Notes: generated by a model not told the origin, from the sequence alone. A DNA stretch of 61,886 bases, filler included, from Vannella sp. (GCA_023345925.1; 5 parts of 5 records of this genome joined end to end with filler, not necessarily neighbours in it), one strand, 5' to 3'; shown: positions 34,215-48,524, counted from the whole stretch's first letter. Made by a program: numbers and translations.

Positions 34215-36540
34215 CTACTCGGCAATCTCGCCCATTTCCAGCTCTTCGGGAGCACTGGTGCGGGGCTTTTTGGGGTGGGATTCGTCTTCGGAGGAGTCTT
34301 CGTTTCGTCGGCGTTTGCGGGAGGAGGAGGAGGACTGGGGAGGGAGGTTAGGGGTGCTGGGGAGGGGTGACGGGGGCGGGTTCTTACTTTGTGTGGGGCT
34401 CGGCGGGACTCGTCATCTGAAGGACTGTCTCTCGATCGGTGGCGTCTGGAGCTGTGGCTCTTTTTGTGAGAGGAAGAGCTATGCTTGGAGTGCTTTGGTG
34501 AGTGCTCATGGTGGGAGGATCGAGACTTGCGCTCCTCCTTCCTCTCCTCAGGGATATCAGACTGGGGATGGTAAGAAACAGCCGAACCGTGGTTCAGTAC
34601 CTACCACAATCGCGTTCTCGGCAGCAGAGGCTTTGTACTCAAGGAAGAGCTCCTCTGCCAGCTTCTCGTCGTTCAGATCTCGATACACCGACCGCTCCTC
34701 GAGGATACCCTTGGCCTCTTCCCAAGAGATGACAGCAATCTTCTTGTAGAACTTGTAGTCCAGGTAGTCTGTGTAGTCCCTCCGAGCAGCCAAGAGCTTC
34801 CGCTCTTGGTCCTTCTTCTTCCGCTCGGCATAGTCCTGCATCTCCTCAAAGAACATCTCCTTGTGTTCCATACGGAACTTGGAGAAGGAATCCTCCTTCC
34901 CAAAAGCAGTCAGATACTCCTCCTGCGTGGTTTCGGGGGTGAAGATGAACCCTGTCGACTTCTGTATCTCTCGGAGCTCTTCACTCGAAGTGAAGTAGTC
35001 CTCCTTGAGCATGTCTATATAGTCGCCATAGATCTCTCCTGGAGTGGACCTACAGGGCCTGTGAGTGCGCCGATTCGGATGGAAGGGCCTCAAGTACCGT
35101 TGTTTGACATACCCATCTGCTTTGAGCATCACTTTGAAAGCTTCCTCTCCCTCTACAAGTGCGCAAACAGTCTTCCACGAAGTACGGCATCCAAAGGCCT
35201 CCCGAGAGTACAACTCCTCCAAGAGGGCCTACACTCCCTTGTTAACTCTCCTTTCAAGTGGTCTGGCAGAGGTACACACCCTAAACTGAGCACGAGCCTT
35301 ACGAGAGAACCGCTTGTGCTCCTCCATTCGGATGCGATCCTCCTCGATCTCTTTGCTTTCGAGCTCGCGGATCAAATCTTCGAATACTTTCAAGCTCTCG
35401 AAGGGATCGAGCTTCTTAAAGGTCGGATCAGAGCTGATCTTCTCTTTGACATCTCTCCACTGTGCATTGACATGAACGAATGGAGCTGCCTCCAACAAAG
35501 CGCGGAACTTTTGCAGATTCTGCCTCTTTTGCTTCTTTTCTTCCTCCTGTATCACTGTTAGGGAAAGCTATCAAGTCTAATGAATGAGTTACCTTCTCCG
35601 CAGCTTTGAGGTCAGCCATGTGCTCCTCAAAGAGGTACTCGCGTTCAACATCAGAACGAACTCCTTTCCAGCGCGGCTCGTTCTCCAGCTCAGTAGCGAC
35701 ACTACGGTAGGTGCTCTTCCAAGTAAGGTTCTTGCGTGACTTGAGTAGCTCTGTGAACTCCTCGCGAGCTCCCTCGTGATCTTTTTGAGAGCGGTCTTTC
35801 TCTTCCCTCCTCATTGTGTCAATTAGCTCATAGAAGGCTGACTTGCGGTCAGCTAGGAGAGTAAGTGACTGGTAGCGAGGATCTTCTATGATCCGATCCA
35901 TCGCCATCTCCCACGTATGGTGAGGTTCCACGCCTCGTTCCCTCATCATTTTGATGAAGACCTCCCGAGCTGAGCCATCTTCCCTACGAACTGTGTCTTC
36001 CTTCACCTCCTGGTGGTTACCAGAACGAGAAGGGAGCGTCGCTCTCACAGGCACAGGCGTCGCAAGAACCTGTGCGGGTGGTGGTTGAGAACTTATCGCT
36101 TGAGCATCAGCTGGAAGCTCCCAGCGAGTCTCCTTCGTGTCAGGGTTGTAGTAATAGGGCTTCCCATCCTCAGTCGTGAACGTTTGCCATAGACTGGGGG
36201 CTCGGAAGCCATCAGGTTTCTCCCAAGCGGATATCCGCGTGAGGGAGTTGTAGTAATACACTTTGCCCTCCGCTGTAGTATGCTGAGTCCACTCCTGTTG
36301 TGATAGATCAGACACAGAAGCAACAAGCAGGAAGGTTGGGGTTAACTAACTCCGCTTTGGGCCGCCACTGCTTCGCCACGAGTTGGAGTAGACGCCGCGA
36401 CCTAACCTGATGAGAACCCGTGTATCAACGCCCTTCCCACTCACTGGCGATGAAGAAGAAGTCTCTGGGGAAGTTCCCAAACTCGGAGAGGTCATCCAAG
36501 ACGGCTTCGTCAAGTGGCTTCCTCGCCCTCGCCCAGCCAT
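34215..36540 (-). CDS. PRP40: Pre-mRNA splicing factor Prp40 (2 WW + FF repeats), several introns
   Basis: Two WW domains (GKVYYYN...WEKP; GKPYYYN...WELP), FF repeats, Arg/Ser-rich tail and C-terminal ELEMGEI. Confidence 0.9.
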
Positions 36541-36597
36541 TCAAATAATGAAGAAATACGAATCAAAATCTGATCCCTGCCCATGAAGAGGAGTGCC

Positions 36598-37182
36598 TCA
36601 AAGCCCAGTGAAGTGACCCTTTGAACTCCCTACAAACTCGTTCGATTGGGTGCTTGAAGGGAGTTTGGGACCGTCTGTGCTTGAGGTTGGGTGTATCAAA
36701 GTGTTTAAACTGACTTGCGGGATCGCTTGTACTCTCCCCACTTGATCAGAGCGTCCCGGAGGAGCATTGACGCTTGATGAGGGTCATCGTTCTTGGTTTG
36801 CATCTTCCATTGAGTGACTTCGGTCAGGGCCCATGTCTGGTCTGTGATTAGATCCAGAGCGGCTCCTAACGATCGATGGGTCTCACCATAACCTCGGCGT
36901 CTTGGTTGTAGAGTTCGCTGAAGGTGTTGAAGATGGTTGGATCGTGATTGTACAAGTGATTGACAAAGTCACAGAAGAGTGGACACATGGCCCGGCTCTT
37001 TGTGACATGCTCGCACGTGGCTAAACACTCCCCATACATCGCCTCCAACAGCCGAGGCTCTGCAGATCCCTCTCAGTCCATACTCTTGCTCTGTCATCCA
37101 ACGTACGACTCATTCCCCGGGAGGAAGCTCCAACCAAGGCCAAAGAGAGGAAAAGAGCGAGAAGGGCGATGGCGCGGTGCAT
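36598..37182 (-). CDS. Hypothetical secreted Cys-containing protein (about 3 introns)
   Basis: Signal peptide MHRAIALLALFLSLALVGA; CLATC...CPLFC; exon joins inferred by eye. Confidence 0.5.
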
Positions 37183-37244
37183 GGAGGAAATGCTCTGTTA
37201 GAGCCTTTATTGCCCTCAGCCTTCAACTATTCAAGTTAGTCGGA

Positions 37245-38017
37245 TTAGTCAGAGTCGCTGTCGTCAGCAGGCTTAGTCTGCTCGATCTGTTTGAGCATCT
37301 TTTCGGCAGAGGAGGCGTCAAAGCTAGCAGAGGAATCAGTCAGAGGGCTAAAGGGGAGAGGAGATAGGACTCACTCGCCAGGAGAGACTTCTACGAACTG
37401 CTTGACAACCTTTCCGTTGTCAATGAGCGCGGAGAACCTGATAAGATCGGATCAATGAGAGAGAAGCACAAAGGATCATGGTACTGTACCTCTTGGAGCG
37501 TACACCGAGGTTGGCGACAGAGAGATCAACGTCCAGACCGAGCTCTTTAGTGAAGGAGCCATTGAAGTCAGAGATGAATCCAACATCCTCCTGGTTAGCT
37601 CCCAGATGCTTAGCCCAGGCGCTGACCACGAAAGGATCATTCACAGTCCTAATGCCTTCAACGTAAGAAGCTAGTCATGCCACTCCCTGCTGCAGGTGAC
37701 TTACAAGCACAAGACGTGATCAACACCCTTATCCTTGAGGGCAGTAGCATTAGCCAAATAGGAGGGGACCTGTATGATACAAGGGGTGAGAGTTGACCAG
37801 ATGATCCAAGGTCACCTACGTGCTTGTTGGAGCACACAGGAGTGAAGGCTCCAGGAAGGCCAAAGACAACAACCCTCTTGCCCTCAAAGAGATCTTTGCG
37901 GTTGACCTTCTCGTTCTTCCCATTGACCAAAGGAGCTCCTTCCAAAAGGTTCACCTGCTTTGTTGCAAAGCAACGAGATGCAAAGCGAGCAGAAACGGGC
38001 ACAGAGAGTCGGAGCAT
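37245..38017 (-). CDS. PRDX5: Type II peroxiredoxin (PRDX5-like) with a mitochondrial-type presequence, 4 introns
   Basis: FGLPGAFTPVCSNKH, VNDPFVVSAW and LGVRSKR; Arg/Ser-rich N-terminus. Confidence 0.92.
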
Positions 38018-38141
38018 CTCCCAATGACCATCAAACTCTTTTCAATAAGAAACATTTAATAATAGGAGATTTTTCTGTGTGAGGGGAGAAATTCAGTTGG
38101 GCGCAATTTGGCTCAAAAAGTCCTCATTTCACGGCGACCAC

Positions 38142-38690
38142 ATGGCTGACGCGACTGCTGCTGCTGCTTCTGCTGAATTGGCTGCCTTCCCTAAGAAGTT
38201 CCAGTTGAAGGCAAACTTGGTCTCGCTTCACCACCGAGTTGCTGTGTTGGACATGGAAGGAGCTGAAATTGGTTCTTACCATCAGGCTCTTGTGTCGTTG
38301 ACCCCCAAATTCCACTTGAGCGGCAAGGATGGACACACCATGGCAGTAGCTACCAAGTCTGTCATCTCCTGGGGGACTCAGTACGTTATCAAGAGCAAGG
38401 GCGTCACGGACAAGTATGAAATCCAAGAGAAGAAACTCAGCTCTGCCGTACACGCTGGAGATATCTTCGCGATTGAGAAGAACGGCGTGGAGTTGGTCTC
38501 TTGCCAGAAGACCGACTTGGGACGCGACAAAATCGTTGTCAGCCAAAAGGACGGTACTGAGTGCGCCACGATGACCAAGGCCTATCTTGGTATCCGCGAC
38601 ACTTGGAAGATAACCGTCAAGGAAGGAACCGAGATCCCTGCTTGGGTCCTCGGCTTCTTCGCAGCCATCGTCCAAATCCAGTCCTCCTAA
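38142..38690 (+). CDS. LURP-one/scramblase (tubby C-terminal-like) protein
   Basis: Repeated beta-strand pattern with a C-terminal hydrophobic helix; intronless. Confidence 0.6.
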   Translation: MADATAAAASAELAAFPKKFQLKANLVSLHHRVAVLDMEGAEIGSYHQALVSLTPKFHLSGKDGHTMAVATKSVISWGTQYVIKSKGVTDKYEIQEKKLSSAVHAGDIFAIEKNGVELVSCQKTDLGRDKIVVSQKDGTECATMTKAYLGIRDTWKITVKEGTEIPAWVLGFFAAIVQIQSS

Positions 38691-38774
38691 GGGGCTCTTT
38701 TGACTATTTCCCAGCCAAGGCTTGTGATTATCAATAAAAATCAATTAAATGGGCGCACTTCCTTCCTGGGCCTC

Positions 38775-40541
38775 ATGTTGAAGAGGGCTCTTCTTCCCCT
38801 GAGGCGGAGTGCCGAATCTACGACGCGAAGGAGCGTGGTCCTCCCAGGAATCCAACCAGGAGATACTGATATGAAGTATGATGCAATTGTGGTGGGTGGG
38901 GGACACAATGGACTGGTGTGCTCGGCGTATATGGCGATGGAGGGGAAGAAAGTCCTTGTACTTGAGCGTCGACACATCATTGGTGGCGCTGCTGTCACAG
39001 AGGAGCTGTATCCTGGCTTCAAGTACTCCCGTGCGAGCTATCTCTTCTCTTTGTTCCGTCCAGTCATCATCCGCGATCTTGAGCTCAAACGCCACGGCCT
39101 TAAACTGTACCAGCGTAACCCAAGCGCCTTCACTCCAATGCTCGATGGTCGTTCCCTCACTTTGGGTTCCAATCCAGCGGTTAACTTCCGTGAGATCTCC
39201 AAGTTCAGCGTGAAGGACGCGAAACGATATGTTGAGTATGAAGAGTGGCTTAACCGCTTGGTGAAGGTGATTTCTCCGTATCTAGATGCACCTCCGTTTG
39301 ATCCTCGCTTCTCTGGGAGCTGGTGGGACCAAATCCCGCCTCTTTATGCTGTAATGAAGGAGGCGGTGAAGCAACGGCGAGACATTCCCGATCTCTACGA
39401 GCTTCTTACAGCTCCAGCATCTAAGATCTTGAACCGTTGGTTCGAAAGCGAGCCTCTTAAGGCCACTTTGGCGACAGACGCCGTCATTGGCGCAATGTTA
39501 TCTCCTGAAACACCTGGCAGTGGCTATGTTCTCTTCCACCACATCATGGGAGGCGCTGATGGACATCCTGGAGCATGGGCATACGTAGAAGGAGGAATGG
39601 GAGCTCTCTCTGACTGTGTTGCACGTTCTGCCATGGAGAAAGGAGTGAAAATCCGCACCTCCCTAGAAGTCAACCGCATCCTGGTCGATGGCAACGGCAA
39701 AGCCTCTGGTGTGCGATTAGAGAACGGTACTGAGATCTACGCTAACCAGATCCTATCCAACGCTGCCGTGCACACCACATTCGGCAAGCTTCTTGAAAAG
39801 GAACACATTCCAAGTCACTTTGCCGACCACATTGGCAGCCTCAACTACTCCAGCCCTGTCTGTAAGATCAACATTGCTCTTGATCATCTCCCCAACTTCA
39901 AATGCAGCCCAACACCAAGGCATCAAGCTGGTCCTCACCATCAAGCCACGATCCACATGGGATCGGAACGGTGTGAGCAGATCCACCAAGGGTACTTGGA
40001 TGCCAGTGTATTCAAGATCCCTTCTCGCCTTCCCATGATAGAGATGACCATTCCTAGCGTTCTTGACCCAACTCTGGCTCCTCCTGGAAAGCATGTGGCT
40101 TCTCTCTTCTGCCAGTACGTTCCTTACTCTCCCAGAGGCAAGGAGTGGACAGAAGACATGCGACGCAACTTTGCTCGCAGAGTCTTCCGCACAATCGACC
40201 AATACGCCCCTGGATTCAGCGACTCTATCCTCCATGTTGACATTCTCACCCCTCCTGACCTCGAGCGAGTCTTCGGTCTTACAGGAGGCAACATCTTCCA
40301 ACATTCCATGGGCCTCGATCAAGTACGTGGCCGCCCCTCCTCTTGAAGTGATCGTCAACATTCTAACCCCGCTCAACAGATCTTCTGGCAGCGCCCAGTC
40401 CCTGGCTTTGCCAACCACCGCACCCCTATCAAGAACCTGTACCTTTGTGGAGCAGGAACCCACCCAGGAGGCGGTGTCATGGGAGCTCCTGGTCGCCATG
40501 CCGCTCTTGTTGCGCTTGGGGACGACGCAAACAGCAAATAA
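38775..40541 (+). CDS. PYROXD2: PYROXD2 / phytoene dehydrogenase-like FAD oxidoreductase, 1 intron
   Basis: GGGHNGL, ERRHIIGGAAVTEE, SRASYL, GGMGALS, TPPDLERVFGLTGGNIF and CGAGTHPGGGVMGAPG. Confidence 0.93.
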
Positions 40542-40595
40542 AGCTTTCTTTTTGTTATAATTTGTCCTTTTTGTTCCCTCCCGCAAGTGGGAGAC

Positions 40596-41983
<1,388 letters not shown>

Positions 41984-42123
41984 GCGGGAAATCGAGGCCC
42001 AAATTATTTTCATGAAAAATTCGAGGAAATTACTTTTGCATGTTTACGCTCTTGCATTTAAAAGCGAAAGCTTTTGTTTTTGTTTCATTTCATCTTTCTC
42101 TGTTCTGCAAGGACAAGTGATCC

Positions 42124-44010
42124 ATGTCTGTCGATTTATTGTCATCCCGCCACACCCACTTGATGGCGGAGGAAGAGGGGGACTTTCCCGGTCTCTATTT
42201 GGAGGAAGATTGCACCCTTCTGACTGGAGAAGAGGAACCAGAAGCAAGTGCCTTTAGTATGGACTCAGAGAAGAGCTCTCAAGACAAGAAGAAGAATGGA
42301 GCTCTCAAAAGGCCCATGCTCTCGAACAAGAAGCCGTCACTTAAGAAGGCACCCCCAGCGAAGAAGAAGTCCTTGTCTCCCTCTCCAAAGCGCGCGTCAG
42401 AAGCTGCCACGAAGAAGCCTGCTCCCAAGAAGGCGAATCCCGTCCCAAAGAAGACTTCACCCAAGCCCCCTGCCAAGAGGGCTCCCCTGACAAAGAAGCC
42501 ACCCAAACTCCCTGTGACAGAGGAAGAGAGTGAAGCTGATGAGGTTGATGAGGACGCTGATGCGCCAGAGGAAGCACCCGTAGTCAAGAAAGCCGTTAAG
42601 CCCAAGGCTACCGCCAAGACTTCTCCCAAGCCCCCAGTCAAGAAAGCTCCAGCAAAGAAGGCCAAACCTGCTGCCTCAGAGGAGGAAGATGATGACGATG
42701 CCACAAGTGATCAAGAGGATGCTCCGAAAACCAAGAAGCCTGCCGCGATCAAGAAGGCTGTGACCAAGCCCGCACCCCTCAAGAAGACTCCGATCAGCAA
42801 GGCAATCGACAAGAAGGCAGCACCCAAGAAAGTCTCTCCAAAGAAGGCTCCTGCCAAGAAGATTCCTTCTCCCAAACCAGCGAAGGCCAAGGCCCCAGCG
42901 AAGACCTCGCTTGGCAAACGTAAAGCCTCCAAGAGTAAGGAGGACGGTGATGACGATGAGGATGCAGACGATCTTGATGCTGTGATAGTCGATGGACCTC
43001 GCAAGAAGATCAAGAAGACATCTCGGGTTACTCCAGCGATCTCCTGCTCATCAATGAACATCGACGACCGAAACCTTCTGATGGACCTGATCCAACCTCG
43101 TGCACTGGGAACTTTCATCCTCGAACTCGAACAAGTGACCGAGCAAGTGACTCACGTGATAGTTGGAGCGGAAAAGAGAACTGTGAAGGTACTCCAAGCG
43201 CTGGCACGAGGAACATGGATTCTCAAACCTGAGTGGCTTATGGCCAGCTTGGAGGCCAACAAGTTTATTGAGGAGGCTGCTTTTGAAGCGACGGAGTGGT
43301 TCCCTGGCTGCAAGAAGATGCGACTGCAGAAGATGGCCGGCAAGTCACTATTCCAAGATCAGAAGATCTACATTCACAAGGAGACCGAGATTCCACGAGA
43401 CGACCTGGATCACATTCTCTCTTTGGCTGGAGCCCAAAGCTGCAAACTCAAAGTATGCGAAGTGTGTTTGACTGACAGTGAACTTCCCGACCCTGTTCCG
43501 GAGGGTGTTGTGTGTGTCACCTCCGATTGGGCCCTGGCCTGTCTTCAACAAGGAGAGATTCTTCCTTTTGATGATTTCATTGCGGAGGAAGTCGAGATTG
43601 AAGAGGAAGATGCCCCATCTGTCGTTTTCCCAAAGAAGAAAGCCCCCAAGAAGGCATCCCCCTCTCCCAAGAAGAAGGCATCTCCTTCTCCAAAGAAGAA
43701 AGCCCCCAAGAAGGCATCTCCTTCTCCCCAAAAGAAGGCCACCAAGAACGCATCCCCAGAGGACGATGCAGCTGAGACTGATAGCATTCCTGAAGATACT
43801 CCTGAGTCAGATGGTACGGCAGCAGTCGAGGTGGCCGAAGAGGCAGCCGAAGAGGCGGATTCCGAGGTCCAGGAGGACACTAACGCAGAAGTTGAGGATG
43901 CAGAGAAGGTGCCAGAGGAAGAACCAGCCGAAGAGGAGGACTCAGAGGTGGCGGAAGCTGAACCAGAAAGCATGGGAGAGGATAAAGGAGACGAATCGGA
44001 AGATTGTTAA
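42124..44010 (+). CDS. Tandem-BRCT protein (microcephalin-like BRCTs) flanked by histone-H1-like K/A/P-rich SPKK regions and an acidic tail
   Basis: VTHVIVG-EKRTVKVLQALARGTWILKPEWL...IEEAAFE and a second BRCT (WALACL). Start codon uncertain. Confidence 0.75.
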   Translation: MSVDLLSSRHTHLMAEEEGDFPGLYLEEDCTLLTGEEEPEASAFSMDSEKSSQDKKKNGALKRPMLSNKKPSLKKAPPAKKKSLSPSPKRASEAATKKPAPKKANPVPKKTSPKPPAKRAPLTKKPPKLPVTEEESEADEVDEDADAPEEAPVVKKAVKPKATAKTSPKPPVKKAPAKKAKPAASEEEDDDDATSDQEDAPKTKKPAAIKKAVTKPAPLKKTPISKAIDKKAAPKKVSPKKAPAKKIPSPKPAKAKAPAKTSLGKRKASKSKEDGDDDEDADDLDAVIVDGPRKKIKKTSRVTPAISCSSMNIDDRNLLMDLIQPRALGTFILELEQVTEQVTHVIVGAEKRTVKVLQALARGTWILKPEWLMASLEANKFIEEAAFEATEWFPGCKKMRLQKMAGKSLFQDQKIYIHKETEIPRDDLDHILSLAGAQSCKLKVCEVCLTDSELPDPVPEGVVCVTSDWALACLQQGEILPFDDFIAEEVEIEEEDAPSVVFPKKKAPKKASPSPKKKASPSPKKKAPKKASPSPQKKATKNASPEDDAAETDSIPEDTPESDGTAAVEVAEEAAEEADSEVQEDTNAEVEDAEKVPEEEPAEEEDSEVAEAEPESMGEDKGDESEDC

Positions 44011-44158
44011 TAAACGACAACAAACAAAACGTTTCCAGCCTCTTCTGAAGGGCGTCATCCAGAGTCAGATGTGGAACACTTCCTAAGCAATCAGTTACTG
44101 TATTCGCTGTTCTATCAAGGAAGAGCAACATTCTTTCTCATAGCTTTGTATTGAGATC

Positions 44159-44848
44159 TTAGACAATCAGATCGAGGCGAAGAGGGCCTCGGTTGTTCAG
44201 AATCTTAGCGTAGCAACCATCGTTAATGATCTTGCCTTCGCTCTTGAGCTGGGTGTACTCCTCCTTGGTGAAACGAGTGAATCCCCATTTGTCGGTCTGG
44301 ACGATCTTTTGGCGACCAGGGAACTTGTACTTGGCACGGCGGAGAGCCTCAAGAACGTGAGGAACAGCGATGTCCTTGCAACGAACAGAGAGAAGAATCT
44401 GGCCGATGGCGACACGGGCAACGAGACCTTGGGGCTTACCGAAGGCACCACGCATTCCAGTTTGAAGTCTATCAGCACCAGCGCAAGACAACATCTTGTT
44501 GATACGGAGAACGTGGAAGGGGTGGACACGGATGCGCATGTGGAAGGAGTCCTTGCCAGCAAGCTTCACGATGTACTTGTTGCAGGCAATACGAGAAGCT
44601 TCAAGGGCCTCACTGGAGATCTGCTCCTTCTCAAGAGAGCACAAGTGGATGCAGTTAGGGAAACTGTCAATGGAAGCCTTCTTGTTACCGAGATCGTAAA
44701 TGCGAAGCTTGGCATCGGGCACACCGCGGCAGTAGCGGGACTTGATGTAAGGCTTGTTCTTACAATATCGGTAGCAGCGAGCGGGACCTAAGCTCCAACG
44801 TAAGGATCCTAGCTTCTCACGGTTCCGCGTTTACATACGTCGACCCAT
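44159..44848 (-). CDS. RPL10: 60S ribosomal protein L10 (1 intron)
   Basis: MGRRPARCY..., [24 protein letters not shown] and KFPGRQKI. Confidence 0.98.
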
Positions 44849-44999
44849 GTTGCGCGAAGAAAAAAGGAGCTGCGGTGTGGTTGGTCCAAAACTCACGAAA
44901 ATTTTATGTCCAAAGTTTGGCCATTAATTAGGTAATTATAAAGCACTGCTCGGCATTATTCCGAATGAGCATTTAATTACACTTGGCAGGAGTTATATT

Positions 45000-47403
45000 A
45001 TGACGGCACCGCTCTGTTATGTGCGGTTTGTGCAAAGGGCCTTGCGAGGACTTGTAGACCACAAGAAGCAGAGTGGGGCTGACGCGCCACTTAGTTCATC
45101 TCTTTGGACATTGGTAGAAGAGGCTGTTATTGTGCTTGATCACTGCGCTCAGAAAGCGCTCTTCCCTCGCCAAACACTGCCTTCTCCGACGGCAGACCTC
45201 TCCCTTATGGTTTCGCAGCCTGGTACGAGATCAACTGCATGACACATCAACGAGGCTTACTTAAGCTCTAGATTTGGACCGACTGGATCACTTGGACCGC
45301 GTTGGCAACGAGTTTCTCCAGTCGGAGAAGGCTTACATTCGCTTCTTGCAGGTGACGCAGCAGGTAGGCCCGTTTTGAATGCGATTGAAGATTCTGAAGG
45401 GTCCAAGTGTTACTATGAGGTGGAGCACTCCTCATCGTTGATCTTCCAAGGGCTCTCCTCCAGTCTCAGTGAAATCATCGATTGTCACGAAGAGCTTCTT
45501 CGAGAGGTCGAGGAGAACCGAACCGCACGGAACGAAACAGGGTTAATGGGTCATCGCTCTGCCATGGGAGCGTTGGCGGTGTTCTCCCCGTCGACAGTCT
45601 CTATTCGTTATCCGGGAGACATTTCTTCTTTGTGCGCAGAACTTAACCGGAGGAGTGTCTATGGACTCATTGGGGACATTTGCTGTCAGATTACTGGACA
45701 TGTGAGTGGCTAGGGAGTGTGCGTTACAATGGAATTGACGGGAGAGGAAGATGGAAGCATTCAGCTGCTATAGTACTTACATTGAGTGCTATTCTGAGAC
45801 TGTTGGAAGCTATAACGAGAGCAAAAAGAACGCCAACTTTGTTGAATACTTGGAATCCTGTAACGAGAAGGCCAGAAAGGTCCTGACACAGGTGGATTGT
45901 CGAATCCGGTTGGAAGATTTGATGATTATGCCGGTTCAGCGCATTCCCCGCTATCTTTTGTTCCTACGAGAGATGATCAAGTATACTGATTCGTCAAATC
46001 ATCTCCAGTCTCGACTATGTCAATGTCTGGGAGAGCTGGAGGAGGTTGTCAGTGGAATTGACCGCATCCGTGCGGAGCGTGAGGTTATGTTGCGCCTCAG
46101 TGAGATTGTGAGATTGGTCAGAATGCCTCACAAAAACAACTTTGTGAGAAACTTGCTCTCACCCCCTCATCCACTCCGTTAACCTTGTTCACAGATTATC
46201 TCTGAATCTAAAGATCGCCAAGTTATTCGTGATGGAGAGATAACGCGTGCTGGTATCGCTGGTCGATCCAGCATGAAAATTCATCTCTTTTTATTGAACG
46301 ATCTCCTCCTGATAGCTTCCTCCACAACAGTTCAAGAGGTGCTACAACGCTATTCTCACCCATTAATGGCTCAGTAAGTCAACTTTGAGGAGCCATTTCT
46401 CCTTCACTGACATTGCTCAAAGGAAACCGCTATTTTTCCGAGCTATAATTCCCTTCCGCAACTCCAATCAGATCGCCAATGTGTCAGTCGAAGCCATTCC
46501 TGAGAGTGAGAATGGTGAGCCGTCTCTCATCTTGAATCAAATACCTAACGAGAGGATAGCTCACGGATTCACTGTAACTGTCCGCTTCCCGACGGTTGAA
46601 TTCCAAGAGACTTTTATCACTGAAACCCGCAAGGCCAATCATGTCTGGATTCAAGCGTTTACGAGGGCTATCGAGGAGCTTCCTTCTCTATTCCTCATTC
46701 CTTTTGTAGGAGCCCAACAGAAGTCTCCCAAATTACTCACTTTCGAATAGGCTTCCGAACATGACCTCTTCGAAGAGCCTCAAATGAGCGGATGGCTGCT
46801 GAAGAAGCGTTCGAAAGTCAATCTTTGGCAAATCATCTTCTTCCAACTGAGAGGAAAGACTTTGTTTGCTTTTGCACAAGCCGAAGACGCTGTGGTAGGA
46901 ATAGTCTCCCTTTCAGACGCTTCGTTCTTGCCTGACAGAGTCCAGGATGGCAACTTTCTTTCTCGATATGACCTTCGAGGCTGCCAACTTCGTTTGATAG
47001 CAAAGTTCGGGTTTGAAGTGGAAGATACTTCCAAAAAAGTAGCGATTCAATGTAAGATTAGGTCCTCTATTTGTGCGGGGTTGCATCTAATCTATATATC
47101 CGCTATTCAGTTAGGGTGGGTGACCAAGCAGATATTGTACTTCGTCAATGGCTCGGCTGTTTCTCTCGAAGTGGGATTTCAGTGGACCAAAGTGTATTTG
47201 AGTCCACTCCCATATCTCAAGAAGCAGCAGAGATGATTCTACTCGAACGAGGAGTCCTTAACGTCAAGGAATGGGCCAAACAGCGACCCAAACCCAAAGT
47301 CGAAGGAGCAATGTCCCAAGTCACCGCAGCCGTCCGAGCCAATCTGAATTTAATTGAAAAGTATAATCCAACCAACCACAGCATCTTGGACATTCTTGAT
47401 TAA
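45000..47403 (+). CDS. RhoGEF (DH-PH) with a second PH domain, about 9 introns
   Basis: EFLQSEKAYIRFL, LEDLMIMPVQRIPRYLLFLREM, HLFLLND and MSGWLLKK...LWQ. Confidence 0.85.
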
Positions 47404-47466
47404 AGCCGATCGGACACCATGATAATCATCCAATTATTAAAGGCATTGCCGGTCAGCGGCTTGTTG

Positions 47467-47566
47467 NNNNNNNNNNNNNNNNNNNNNNNNNNNNNNNNNN
47501 NNNNNNNNNNTTAATTAATTAANNNNNNNNNNNNNNNNNNNNNNNNNNNNNNNNNNNNNNNNNNNN
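47467..47566. other. Artificial contig spacer
   Basis: N44-TTAATTAATTAA-N44. Confidence 0.99.
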
Positions 47567-47686
47567 GTGGACAGCTCGGGATCAATCACACGAGGGATGT
47601 TCGCACTCCCACACAATCTCTTTTCCAGCCCGCTCTCCCTCCTTCGGCCATCCCCAACAGAAGCAAGAGTGCTCGCTTCCTTTGAT

Positions 47687-47770
47687 GCCTCCCGTAGTTC
47701 GTTGGAGGGTTTGTTTTCCAGCATCACATAGGCAGATTAAATGGGCTCCCGGTGGGGATGTAGTCATCAC
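47687..47770 (-). pseudogene. Decayed Rac-like gene remnant
   Basis: Reads DYIPT...SAYVMLENKPSN versus Rac1 DYIPT...[12 protein letters not shown]. 15-nt exact match between 47752-47766 and 48421-48435; 1-nt frameshift. Confidence 0.6.
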
Positions 47771-47945
47771 TCACGTTCATTGGAGAGAGAACGATCAAAT
47801 GAGCCTAAAAAGCACCTCAACCAAATCTCATGAAAAGTTGATTGTAAAGGTCATAATCGAATTTAGAGGCACTTTCAATCGTGGCGAATGTGACGGGAAC
47901 GAGTATTTGTATTGTACATGAACAAGCAGATGTTGATTGAGCCCA

Positions 47946-48524
47946 TTAGATGAGGAGGCAGCCGCCCTTCTTCTTCTTGATGGGGGCAGGCTGGAGGACC
48001 GTGCGAATAGCTTCATCGAAGACAGCCTTCAGTCCCTTCTGAGTCAGGGCAGAGCACTCCAGAAACTTGGCGGCGTTGATTTCCTTCGCAAGTTGGAGGC
48101 CTTGCTGGTGCTGCACGGGAGCCAGCTTCTTCTCTGCCAGACGCTCAATGGTGGCCTTGTCCTCTCGCAAGTCCAACTTGGTTGCTACCACGAGGATGGG
48201 GACGTTGGGGCAGTGGTGGTTGATCTCTGGGTACCACTTAGCCTTGACGTTCTCAAAGGAGGCTGGGGAGATGATGGAGAAGCATGCAAGGAAGACATCC
48301 GTCTGAGGATAGGAGAGAGGACGAAGGCGGTCGTAATCCTCTTGTCCTGCGGTGTCCCAGAGGCCCAGGTTGATGGGTTTGTTGTCCACCATCACGTTGG
48401 CAGAGTAGTTGTCAAACACAGTGGGGATGTAGTCACCAGGGAAGGCATTGGTGGTGTAAGAAATCAACAAGCACGTCTTTCCGACAGCTCCGTCACCGAC
48501 AACGACACACTTGATAGCTTGCAT
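47946..48524 (-). CDS. RAC1: Rac-family small GTPase (no intron in CDS)
   Basis: [46 protein letters not shown], and a polybasic region plus CAAX (CLLI). Confidence 0.97.
   Translation of the reverse strand: MQAIKCVVVGDGAVGKTCLLISYTTNAFPGDYIPTVFDNYSANVMVDNKPINLGLWDTAGQEDYDRLRPLSYPQTDVFLACFSIISPASFENVKAKWYPEINHHCPNVPILVVATKLDLREDKATIERLAEKKLAPVQHQQGLQLAKEINAAKFLECSALTQKGLKAVFDEAIRTVLQPAPIKKKKGGCLLI

Noticed and set aside
35278..35286. Single ccctaaa word
   Set aside because: One unit at an exon-intron boundary of PRP40; expected by chance.
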